A stretch of DNA of 64,000 nt from Monocercomonoides exilis PA203. Lineage: Eukaryota; Protista; Preaxostyla. Made by a program: the position numbers and the translations under genes. Positions 1-11,750 of the stretch are shown piece by piece. Each line of letters opens with the position of its first letter. Within the stretch, counting starts at the first letter, position 1. The notes beneath the pieces are model-generated. The model was not told where the DNA came from and did not search any database. It saw nothing but the letters and a program-made list of their open reading frames with translations. The stretch lies in NCBI GenBank assembly GCA_001643675.2, contig LSRY02000011.1, forward strand, positions 558,001-622,000, written 5' to 3'.

Positions 1-2007
1 AATAACAGCAATAGCAATAGCAATAGTAATCATAACAATGGCACTGAAGACAACACAAGAACCCGCTTGATGCGAGCGGAAGACATCGAGAGGGCGAGGA
101 GAGAGGCGCATGTGCACCCGCTTCTTTGGGAGCGGAGGATAGAAGAGCAAGAGAAGAAGAGAATAGCGAGGATCAAAGCAGAGTGGATGAGAGTGCACCC
201 GTCGTTGCTGTTTATGAGCAAGAACGAGAAAATGCTGTCTGAACAGATTGAGGCGAATGAGAAGAAGAGAAGAGAAGAAGACAGGATGTCGTTTGTGACG
301 AGGAATATGATGCGCCCGGAGAAGAGGGAGTGCAAGGGATGGAGTGAGAAAGAGGATGGAGATGAAGATGAAGATGAAGATGAAGATGATGGTGAGAGTG
401 AAGGCGAAAGGGAAGATGACAAAGAGAGCAGAAGGATTGAAGATGGAGAAGGGGAGGAAAAGGAAGAAAAGGAAGGATATGAGGACATTGAGGAAAAGGA
501 TGAGGTGAAACGAGATGATGTTGTTGAAGATGAAGATGATGAAGAAGACAACGAAGAATCAGGTGGTGAAAGAGAACAGAAAACACAGGAGCCAAGTGAT
601 TATTCATTAGAAAGGCGAACACACAAAAAGAAGGTGACAAAGAAAGTTGTGGGAAGTTGGTCATCATCATCCTTCTCAACATCTTCTTCTTCCTCCTCCT
701 CCTCCTCATCCTCTTCCTTCTCGTACTCCTCAAGCAGCTATCGCAATGAAGAGAACAAAAGAATACAGTCTGAACGGAGAAAGGTGCATCAGAGAAGATG
801 TTTGGATTCCATTCCAAAGTCAGTTGTTTCTGACCTGTCACAAATTGTGGATGATGTCGAGAACAGTTATAATCCTGATCATTCATCAATGATGTTATCT
901 TCATCCTCTTCCTCCTCTTCTTCTTCTTCTTCCTCTTCTTCCTCTACTTCATTGTATTCTTCTTCCACTTCCTCTTTACCTCCCATGTGTCCCAACACTC
1001 ACTCACTGCCTGCACTGCTTGAAAGCAGAAGTCATTCCTCTACAAGTTCTCTTGTAGCATCTGCTCCTTCATTAATCTTGACTTCTTCTTCCTCCTCCTC
1101 CTGTTCTTCTTCTTCTCCTTCTCCTTCTTCTCCCTCTTCTGCCCAGCCAGCCTGCCCTCAAAGTGCCTCATCATTAGCTCCACACTCTTTCTCCTTCACT
1201 CCTCAGTCTCAATGTTCCTTGTCTTTATCCCTTTCTCCTTCCTCTCTGCCAATCTCTTCTCCTTCTTCCAACTATGCTGCCCTCGATGCTGCCCAATCCT
1301 CTCCTTCTCTCTTTCTGCCTGTCCCACAGCGCACAAAGGAAGAAATTGAAGAAGACAACGCACGCCAAAGAAACATCATTGCGAAGAAGGAGATTGAGTC
1401 AACCGTTGGAACTGCTATTCAACATTCATTGCCTTCTTCTTTTTCCTCTTCATCATCATCTTCTTCTTCTTCCTCCTCCTCCTCTTCATCCTCTTCTTCT
1501 TCTCGTCCTCCTCTCCTTTTGAGTGCGGCCACATCCTCAGCTTCCGCCTCCACCACCACCACCACTGCCCCAGCATCCAGTATTATTTCCAACAATCATC
1601 AGATTCCAGCATCTCTTGTGCTTCCACCCGATGTTGGGCAAGGCGTGAACTTAACCTCTTTGTTTCCGTCGGTCTCTTCTATTGTTCCAAGCACTTCTCT
1701 TGTCCCTGGCTTCACAAACACCCTCACATCCCTCGTGAGCAACCCGCAAATCAACATCACCCCCGACGAAGAGACAGCAAGGGCACTCTTTATGGCTGTG
1801 GCGCTGGTGCAGAGAGTGAGACCCCACTGGATATCAGAAGCAGTGTGGGAGAAGGAGCAGAGGAAGATGCTGTACAACTTCAGAGCGGTGAGGCAGCAGG
1901 ACAGGGCGATGAGCAGGGCGATGCTGAGGAGGCTGGAGAGGCATTTGCTGAGAGAGCGGAGGATTAAGGAGAAGATGGCGAGGAATAAGAAGAAGAACGA
2001 GAAGTGA
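1..2007 (+). CDS. Low-complexity Glu/Asp- and Ser-rich hypothetical protein, 5'-truncated by the window edge
   Basis: Frame 1 is open from base 1 through the 67..2007 ORF to TGA. It has coding-like GC, acidic and poly-Ser tracts and a charged helical C-terminus. No recognisable domain. Confidence 0.75.
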   Translation, partial: NNSNSNSNSNHNNGTEDNTRTRLMRAEDIERARREAHVHPLLWERRIEEQEKKRIARIKAEWMRVHPSLLFMSKNEKMLSEQIEANEKKRREEDRMSFVTRNMMRPEKRECKGWSEKEDGDEDEDEDEDDGESEGEREDDKESRRIEDGEGEEKEEKEGYEDIEEKDEVKRDDVVEDEDDEEDNEESGGEREQKTQEPSDYSLERRTHKKKVTKKVVGSWSSSSFSTSSSSSSSSSSSSFSYSSSSYRNEENKRIQSERRKVHQRRCLDSIPKSVVSDLSQIVDDVENSYNPDHSSMMLSSSSSSSSSSSSSSSSTSLYSSSTSSLPPMCPNTHSLPALLESRSHSSTSSLVASAPSLILTSSSSSSCSSSSPSPSSPSSAQPACPQSASSLAPHSFSFTPQSQCSLSLSLSPSSLPISSPSSNYAALDAAQSSPSLFLPVPQRTKEEIEEDNARQRNIIAKKEIESTVGTAIQHSLPSSFSSSSSSSSSSSSSSSSSSSSRPPLLLSAATSSASASTTTTTAPASSIISNNHQIPASLVLPPDVGQGVNLTSLFPSVSSIVPSTSLVPGFTNTLTSLVSNPQINITPDEETARALFMAVALVQRVRPHWISEAVWEKEQRKMLYNFRAVRQQDRAMSRAMLRRLERHLLRERRIKEKMARNKKKNEK

Positions 2008-3383
2008 AAGGAAGATAAAGGATGATGGGGGAAAGGAGGGAGGGGGTTGTTTTATTGTTTTCTTAAATAGCTTTTGCTTGTGATGTATCACATTAGGAAT
2101 TTCATAGATACATGTTTTTGTTCATTTATAATTGGATGGCATAATTGAACTGATTTGCATTGTTGATGGACAAGTGTCTATATCCACAACGAATTATCGA
2201 TTGAATCGGAAAGCACTTTGAATAAGTGTCATTGTTTGATTGTGTGTTTGCTTTGATTGCGTGTTATCTTAATCACTCCAGTTAGAAAGACTTTTTTATT
2301 ATTATTATTATCACTGTGAAATTTTTTTTGAATCTATTTTAATTTGGTTGTTAATGATCTCTTTCTTTTTATTTTTATTTTTTTATTTTTTTTTTTTTCC
2401 TCAAAGTTGTTGTCTTCTTATAGTTGTTATCGATCTTTTATTTATTATTTGTTTTTTTGACTGTTCTCATCCGTTTTTAACTTTCCGAAAGATTATTATG
2501 AGTTTATGAGTTATTTTGATAGCCTTAAATTTTATATTTGCTTTTTTTTCCCTATTTATCTTTCTTTCTCTCTCCTTTTTTCCACAAAAACCAATCATGT
2601 ATAATTTTTTTTGAAACTTGTTTCGTTCTTTAGTTTTTTCACTAATAAAGATATTCATATGCACTTATTTATTTATATTCTCATTTTGAAAGTTTGTTTT
2701 TTCTTTATTTTTAATTTTATTTTTATGTATTTCGTTTTTAATCCAAATTTCATTCCATTACCAGCTCAAAAAAAAAAAAATGTTTTAAAATTTTTACACA
2801 ATCACGTAATATCACTCCATCAGTCGTTTCTTCATTTCGTATAGTTCTTTTGTTTTCTGTATCGTAATCGAAATAATTTTTGGTGAAGTTATTTTATAAT
2901 TATCCCTTTTTTTTTTAACTTTTTATTGTCCAGCTCTTGTTATACTTCGTCTCTATATGCAGCTCACTTATCACTGATCCATCATACGCATCAAACATCC
3001 ATTGTTATTTTTTCAACTTCTTGAATTTCAATTATTAGTCCTTTTTTTAGCATTTTAAAGATTTTTTATTTGCAGAAAAATATTAACAATTTTCATTTTT
3101 TTTAGATATTGTTTTTAATTTTGAAAAATCTAATGTCTTTTTATGGAATAAAATAAATATTCTTTCTTTGGATTGAAATATTTTTTGTTTCTTTTTCCAA
3201 TTGAATAAAATTCACAAATTGCAATTTAAATGCAATCAACCACTTTAAAACAATAATTGGATTAATAATTTGTCATGCATAAGAAATGTCAAGTTCTTCA
3301 ATGTAATATTTGAAATCGATTTCGAAGTTTTTCTTTAATCAATCATGTTCTTTTCAAATTTAAATAGTGGGTCATGTTAAAAG

Positions 3384-6300
3384 ATGAGTTTGGGTGATGG
3401 CGAGAAGAGAATCGAAATAGAACAACAAGATAGTTCACTAAAGCAACATCATATGAATTCTGAATCAGGTTCTGTTTTGTATTGACCTTCGTGAAGCAAA
3501 TTTTCATTTCGAATAACTTTTCGTTTTTTTGTTGTTACACTTGTTTTAAAATTGTATCTCATGATTAACTTTATTAAGAAAATATAAAAAGTTTGAGGTC
3601 ATCACAACGCGCAAAAATTGAACATTCTGTTGAACGCACAAAGCAAGAATTTAATCAAGATTTACAAATATATTCCGCAGGCGAACAAAAAAGTTTAGAG
3701 AGCAATGATAGCGGAGAAAAATTGCGTGAGAAATTTATGAAAGACAATAGAAATAATGTAAATTCCGGTAACTTAAAAAAAGAAGAAAATCGAAAATGTG
3801 ATGATGATAGTGAAGATGAGGATGAAGACGAAAGTGGTGGGGAAGAAGAAGGAGATAGTAGTGACAGCAGTGAAGAAGATGATGATGACGATGACGACGA
3901 CGATGACGATGAAGATGACGATGATGAAGAAGAAGATGATGATGACGACGACGATGATGACGACGACGATGATGACGATGATGAAGATGACGACGGCGAA
4001 GACGAAGATGACGGTGACGATGACAACAACAACAATAATGAGGACAAAGATGAGAATGAGGAGGAGGATGACGAAAAAGACAAAGATAAAATAAGGTTAA
4101 AAGAGATGAAAGACAAAAGAGAAAATGATGGATCTGTTCAAGAAAAAGAAAAGCGAGAAATTCAAAGTGATACAGAAGTTGAAATTAAGTTGAGAAGATC
4201 AGATGAAGAAACAAAAGAAAAACCAGAAAATGAAAATGGGAAAGAAATGTCGCTCCACCAAAAACAGCTAATTGACGATGATCCTTCTGAAAGAAGCGAT
4301 GGATCCGAGCAAAGTCAAGAAAGAGAGCTTCAAAGAAAAATAGAAATGATGACTTCTGTTATTGAAGAGTTCAACAGGATGAAAAGGAAAAGTGAAGAAA
4401 AGAAAATGAGAGGAAATGAAGATAGGGCCAAAATTAGCACAAGTGGAAAAGATGAACCAAACATAAGCAGAAATGACGAATATGACGATGAAATGAGTGA
4501 GATGAAAAAGAAGATCGATCAGATGCAAGAAATTGTGAATTCATTCAAAAATAGCAGAGGTCATTTTGTTACTGATAGCAGTCAATCTGCAGAAAAGATG
4601 AACAAAAAAGAAATAAATGAGGCAAATGAAGAAAATCACAATGTAGATAGATCAATGCAAATGATACAAAAAGAACAAAATCCCGGCAACAGAATAGAAC
4701 AAGAGGAAGACATTAGATCAAATACAACAGATGAAGAAAAGAGTGAAAGAGACGAACAGAAGGCGGAAGGAGAAGCTTGTTTCAGTGAAGGTGATGAAGA
4801 GTCTCTTCTTGATGTTGGCTTTGATGAAGATGACATTGATCGCCTGTTAGTCATTGAGAAGCCAATGAGCAATTTCTTCGAGACATATCAGCTGCAGCAC
4901 GTATGTCATCAACAGAAGCAAAGAAATCCTCATTTTTCTCAGCAAAACAGCTCAATTCATCAGTCAAATGAAAGCGAAATGAATCAAACAAAAGCAGAAG
5001 AGAGCGAAGTGTCGTTAATGTTTTCTCCGTTTTACAAGCCATTTTTTGATCTCCCGCAGTGTTTGTCAGACACGCAATGTAATTCTGCAGATTCTCTTTT
5101 CTTTTCGTGCTTTTTGAATGGGGAAATCAGACAATGTGAAGAAGATATGGAGAAAGAGAGAGAGAATGTGTGGAAAGCAATGGACGACAAGTGGGCGAAG
5201 GAGAAAGAAGAGCGAAAAAAGAAGCAGAAGGAGATTGAAGAGGAGATGGAGCAGATGAAGCGCAGGCTGCGTGAGATGGAAGAGGAGGAGAGGAAAAGGA
5301 AAGAGGAGGAGAAGAAGAGGAAGGAGGAAGAGAGAAAGAGGAAAGAAGAGGAAGAAAAGAGGATTGAGATTCAAAAGAAGAATGAAGGCGCAAAGCTTAT
5401 AGGAGAGCATTGGTTGATGTATCAATTGCAAATGATTGGAATAAGCAGAATGAAAGAGTTGCAGAAGAAAGAAGAGGAAGAACAGAAAAGGAGGAAAGAT
5501 GCAGTGGGAGTGATTGAAAGGGGATGGAAAGAGGTGCTTCAAGTGAGAGACGCAAAGAGGGAAAGAGCTGAGCTGAAGAGGCAGAAAGAAGAGAAAGAGG
5601 AGAGGGCGAAGAGAAAAGCAAAAGCAGAGAAGAAGAAGGAGATGAACGAGCAGCGGCTGAAGAAGCTGAGGAAAAGAGAGGAAGAAATGGCAGCGATTCT
5701 GATGGCGATGGATGAGAAGATGGAGCAGCATTTGATGGCTATTGAAGAGACAGAGCAGAGAAAGAGGATGGAAAGAGAGGTGTTGAAAGGAGATGGACAG
5801 AAAGGGAAGGAAGATGAAGAAGTTTGTAAGGAGGAAGAAGGGATAAACGAAGCAAGATTATCTTCTTCTATCAAAATAGATGAAAATAATACAGAAAGCA
5901 CATCAAAAGACATTAACAGCATCCAAATGACTGTATCTGATCGATCGCTTCTAAAGACACAGAACAGCAGCCGTCCGCTTGCTGAAGTAAAAGACAGGAA
6001 AATAAGAACTGCTTATTCCACAACACGAATCGGCAATAAAACAACAGGAGAAATTTCGGAGAAATCGGAGAAATTTTCTCATAAAATGAATTTGAAAACA
6101 ATGAAAAAACAAACACAAAAGACAAAATCTGAAAGAAGAGCGGGTTTTAATGCAGAAAATGAAGCATTTTCTTCCAGTCATAAGATTGTTCCAGTGAAGA
6201 ATTCAGCTGAAAGACAGAAGGAATTTCATAACAGCACCGAAAGAGCAAAAGAAAACAAGAGAAAGAAAGTGAATGAAATGAAAGCAAAAACCTCCAAATC

Positions 6301-9199
6301 AGAAGCTAAAAACGAGAATAAAAAAATTGATGAAGGAAAAATCGAAATAAACAGAAATTCAATGAAAACGGAGAAAGAGACAGAACATTCGGAAGCAGAA
6401 GAAAAAAGGGTTTATGAAAAACTGACGCTAATTTTAGATCAGAAAAGTGTGTCAAATGCGTCTTCGTTGCCTCGGCTTTCATATGCACCAAGTGAAACAT
6501 CTGATAATAAACATGATAATAATAATAATACTTATGATTCAATAACTGTTGCATCATCATCTTCTTCTTGTTCTTCTTCTTCTTCTTCTTCCAATCAGCT
6601 TTATTCTTCTATGCGACCAGCACCTTCTGCTAATCAATCTCTTCCACAACATTCATTTTCACAAGAAAATACGCTAAGTTCAACTCTTCCTTTTGATAAA
6701 AACGAATCAATTGCAGAGAAAGTGAATAAATCCGAAATGTGGAGTTTAGAAGAAGAAGAAGAAGAAGACGGAAGAAACGAGACAAAAAGAGGGAAACGAA
6801 AAAGAGAGCCATCAGCTGACAGGTTGAGGCTGAGAAAACTGGTAGAAATGGCACAGAAACTGATGGAAGATGAGGAAGATGTTGATGATGATGCTAAAGA
6901 TGAAGTTGTTGATGATGATGATGATGAAAACAAAGGGAAAGGAGAAGAAGATGAAAGAGGAGAAAGAGAAAGAGAAAGGGTGGAAGAGAAGAAAGAAAAT
7001 ATTAATTCAGATAAAAAGAAAACAACCATAACAACAACAAAAACAAGTGGAAGAAGAATAAGAAAGAGAGCAAACACATTTGGAGATGTTGCCGAGAAGG
7101 AAATAAAAAGTAATGATCGTCTTCTGTTCACTCCATCACACACAAAAAGGAAGACAAAAGACAGAAATGCAGATACTGTCACATCAAATCATTCTGCTTT
7201 CTCTTCTTCGTTTTCTTCCACTTTTCCTTCTTCTTCCTCCTCTTCTTCTTCTTCTTCCTTTCACTCTTCCTCTTTCTCCTCATCCTCCTCTTTCTCCTCT
7301 CCAAATTCTCCATCCAACCGAAGTCGTCCTCGCCCCAATCGCACTGAAGATTCTTCTCTTTCTTCTTCTTTTGATTCGCCTTCTCATTTCCACTCCAGCC
7401 ACACCCGCTCTGCCTCATACAACTCCTCAACAATATCCCATCTTCCTCCTCTTCGCCTCTTTCCCTCTGATCCTGTCCCTTTCTCTGCTCCTCCTCTTCT
7501 TCCCTTTCAGACACAACAGCAGCAGCAACAACAACAGAATAATCTTCAGAATCAAAATAATCATCAACAGCAACAACCTTCATCATACGCCCAACCTTAT
7601 TCACGCAACATTACCACTGCCCCTCTTTCTCTCCCTGCTCTGAAAAGCGAAAGAATATCTTATACTTCCACTGAGCCAATCCAATCAGTGAAATCCTCAC
7701 AATCACCACAATCTCAATCATTGCAATCATTACAGCCAATTGTCAATCCATCTGCAACTCCTCAATCTTCAAAGACAATTAATTCATCAGTTGGCTTTCT
7801 GCCTTCGCCAACATACACACAAACATCTGGTTTTTCCTCTAATTCAAGCTTTCCTCCTCTGCTTTCGTCGCCTTCTTCCTCTTCCTCTTCCTCTTCTTTC
7901 TCGTCTTATTCTCCGTTGCCTTCACCTTCACCCCTTCCTTCATCTTCACCTTCTCTTTCTTCCTCTTCTTTTCCTTCTTCATCTCCTTCCTCTTCCTCTT
8001 CCTCTTCCACCTCAATCAAACCTTCTGTTCTTGAATCCCGCATCCCTCCTGTGGTGTCCACAGTCTATCCAAATGCCCTCATCCGACGCTTAGCTGAGCA
8101 AAAAACAGCATCAACAGCTGAGCTTCTATCAAACATTCTGTCATATTCCAGCGGAGCCAAAGACGAACAAGTTCAAAAGCAGATTAAAATCGCACTGCAA
8201 AGTGGATGCACGTGTGGAAGATGCAAAAGAGACGAGGTGTTGTTGAAGAGCACAGGTGAACTGGCAATGCAGCAAACAATGAAGCAGCAAGCACTGTCTG
8301 CCAATATGAGTGTTATTTGTGGATCAGGTGATGGCATCAACCTCTGTCCAGCCACTCTCTCCAATATTGTCATTCCTCCGCATTCATCTGCCTTCAACCT
8401 TCTTTCCTGTGAGATCGAAAAATCGCTGAAAAAACTGAGTGCTGTTCTTGTTGTGCTGCGCTTTCCAGCAGAAGAAAGGGAGAAAGTGGTGAAGATGGTC
8501 CTGCGCGAACAGCCGTCTCAGTCTGCCCTCTCAACCAGGAATTCATCAGCTGATGTGAACAATGGCATTGCTCTGAAGACTCTCTCGTTTGACGGCAATG
8601 ACATCGCACGCATTTCATCTGCTAATCGCACTTCTCTTTCTCCTGCTCTGTCATTTGTATCTTTTCAGTCAGATTCTCCTTTTCAGCCATCTTCATCATC
8701 ATCATCAAATGAACACACTCACAGAAAGCACAAGGAAAACACATCTGACACGCAAACAGACCGCCTTGTTGAGCATTCCCTGGTGGAACATGCTGCTTTG
8801 CGCTCTTTTTCGTCTTCTGAGTCGTTTGCCTCTCGCTCTTCATCGCCAGCCAAGCAGTCGTCATTCATCCGGTCTGCCTCATCGACTGATCCTTACCCGC
8901 ATCTTCCTCTGCTTTCTCCAACTTCTTCGAATTCCTCTTCTAATTCTTCTTCTTCTGCAAATGCTTCGAGTCCTATTGCTTGTTCTCCTTCTCAGTCAGC
9001 CAATCAATCTTCCCCTTGTTCATCGTCTTCGGAGGGCATCTCATCATCTCCTTCTTCTCCTTCATCGTCTTTGTCTTCTTCTTCTTCTTCTTCTACATTA
9101 CTTCCACTTCAGCTTCCTTCTGTGAATGAATCCGCAACCACTTCATCATCATCGTCTTCTTCTTCCATTTCCTCCTCCTCCTCCTGCTCTCCTTCTTCC

Positions 9200-9230
<31 letters not shown>

Positions 9231-9949
9231 CTTCTTCTTCTTCTTCTTCTTCTTCTTCTTCTTCTTCTTCTCCCTTCCTTCTCCCCATCACATGTCTCGT
9301 CCACTTCCGCATCCACCGTGTCCTCTCTGCCCTCCTGCCTGTCCTGCACTCCCGCATCAAGCTCTGCCGCCTGCTGTCTGTGCGGAGCGTGCTGCTCGAC
9401 TCCTTCTTCGCCTTTGCCGACGTCGGAATGGCCTTCTCAGACATTTCGCTCCTCTCTTCCCGCATCTCTGCTTTGACACACGCAGTCAGAGAGGGCTTGG
9501 GGAAGTGGATGGGGCTGCTGCCATGGAACAACTCGTTTGTCGTGTCGCGCAGCAGAAACGAGGCTGTGCAGCTCGAAAAGGAAGAGGAGGCGTTCCTCAG
9601 GCAGGTCGATATCCTGAAGGAAGGAGACAACGCAAGGGAGAAAGAGAAGACGAAAGAAATGAAAAAACAGTTGGACAAATGCAATGATATACACAACGCA
9701 GATAGAGGCGAGGCAAGGCAGAGAGGGAAGGCGGTTGATCCACGAGCACATTGTCAGTCTGATAATCTCAGTGGCTCATCCTTCTCGCCCAGGCCCCGCC
9801 CTCGCCGCATCTCATCCACACAGGCATTCCGCACTTTCCAGATGGATGCTTCTCTTTCTTCTGCTCTTTCTTCTTCGTCTGCTGCTCCTGCCTCTTCTCC
9901 CATTTCTTCCGCTGTTGTTGTTGCTAATGTTCTGTCTCGCCCTTTTTGA
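3384..9949 (+). CDS. Large (~2150 aa) acidic/coiled-coil/Ser-rich hypothetical protein; exon 1 3384-3468, intron 3469-3578, exon 2 3579-9949
   Basis: 2118-aa ORF. An upstream ATG exon joins in frame through a GT...AG phase-1 intron (G|AA AAT ATA AAA AGT TTG). Contains a poly-Asp tract, an E/K/R coiled coil and two weak IQ-like segments (AKLIGEHW, AVGVIERGWK). Confidence 0.75.
3878..4024 (+). repeat. GAY/GAA trinucleotide tract encoding poly-Asp/Glu
   Basis: Visible (GAT/GAC)n run. Confidence 0.85.
9203..9271 (+). repeat. (TCT)n microsatellite encoding poly-Ser
   Basis: About 23 uninterrupted TCT/TTC units. Confidence 0.9.
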
Positions 9950-11750
9950 TAAATGTTCTGTTCTTCGCTGATGCTTAACGAACATTTTCAAACGATATGT
10001 GCTTATCGATAATTTTAATCGTTGACAATTGTTTTCGGAACTATTCATTTCATCTTATAGATCAGAGTATATTTATTTTTCTTTTTTGTAATTTGTTTGT
10101 GTTAGTAGTTTTTATGTAGTTGATAAGTCTATGATAGTACACTTTAATTTTTTCGTTTCTACAAAGAGGTATATATTGTTTCATTTTTCTTATTTTATTT
10201 GAATTTTTAAAATGATAACCAGTTATTAATATTATATTCCTTTTATTTTTCTTAATTTTCTAAAAATGAATAAAAATGTTACAAAAAAGAACAATTGAAT
10301 GTAATGTCTTTCTTTCTTATTCCAAAAATTCTTCAAAATCTGTTAAATAAAATGCTATTAAATGAAACAGAAAAATTAGAAATAGAAATATATGTTAAAA
10401 TAGAAGAAAAATAAATACTCATATTACATCTTTAAAAACAAATAAATAAAAATAAAAAAACAAATGGCTGTGAAGCTCAAAAATAATAATATCAGAAAGG
10501 ACTTTTACATAATCATGAATGAAGAAGAAATGAATCCTCTTCAATCAATCAGAAAGCCATGCATTTAGAGTCTATCATCATTTTCATAAATTGCTCATTT
10601 TTTTTTTTGCATACCATTTCAATCTAATAATTAAATGTTTGTATGGCTTTAACTATTTCAAAAAACTTAGAATCAGATGAAAATAATCAATTTCGAAAAT
10701 AATAAAAATCTTTCTCGAAAAAGAGAGAAAAAAAAATTCAGAAAAAATTGTATCATCAATTGTGTTAAAAGCATTTTTAAAAAATACTCTTAGCATTACA
10801 GGTAATACATGCATAAATAAGATCATCATAAAAAACAAATTGAAATAAACGCATTTCACCCAAAAGCATACATTTATTTTCTGCTTAGTTTTGTGGCTTT
10901 AACGAATACTTTTTAAAGATACGTTTTGATCAAACAAAAACTGTTAAAATATGCATTTTGCAAAAAATAACAGCAATTTGATGAAAAACGGTCAATTTCA
11001 AAAGATCCGCAAAATATATTTCATGAAATAATTGTTCATATATCACATAAATTAGTCTCTTTAATCACAAATATTATTTCAACAATTTATCCTTGAAATT
11101 TCACATTCTATAAGATGATCAATTCCATAGAATATATTTTCTTCAAAGTCAATTGCGGATTATTAAAATGTATATTTTGATGAAAACTTCAAAAAAGAAA
11201 GAAATCTGTTTTAATGCAATTTTTGATTGTTTTTAAAAGAAGAATATAATAGAACTTTTTGAAATAAATTCGAAATTTTTATTTCAATACACTCTTTTGG
11301 CAAGGGATCTTGTATTTTTATAAAGTATGTTGGAGTTGGTGAACTATTTGAAGTGTGATTGAATGGTTGTGAATTTATTACAATTATTGTTGGGTTAAAG
11401 ATGACAATGCGATTTTTCGCTTCCCTGATATTCATGAGGGTTGAAATTAACCATCTTTTCGGGTCTGAATTCCAACAATTTTTAGCATTTTTGTATTTTG
11501 TCAATTATTTTATTTTGTATATATATTTGCTAATTAATCTCTCTTTGACAATTATCATTTATAGGTTGCTCTTGTTAAATTGGTTTTATCGTTGTTTTCC
11601 TTTTTAAAAGTTTAGATAAAAAATCTTTTTTTTTATTATTTAATCACTTCAAATTACAAATAGAAAAAACTTATTTCGTCAAAATAATATTTCAAATTTA
11701 ATAAATAAAAATTTAAAAAAACTACAAAAATTGATTCCATTTTGATATTA

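Noticed and set aside
30-9971. Many overlapping and antisense ORFs (poly-Ser, poly-Leu/Phe, poly-Met)
   Set aside because: Shadows of low-complexity coding sequence on other frames and strands.
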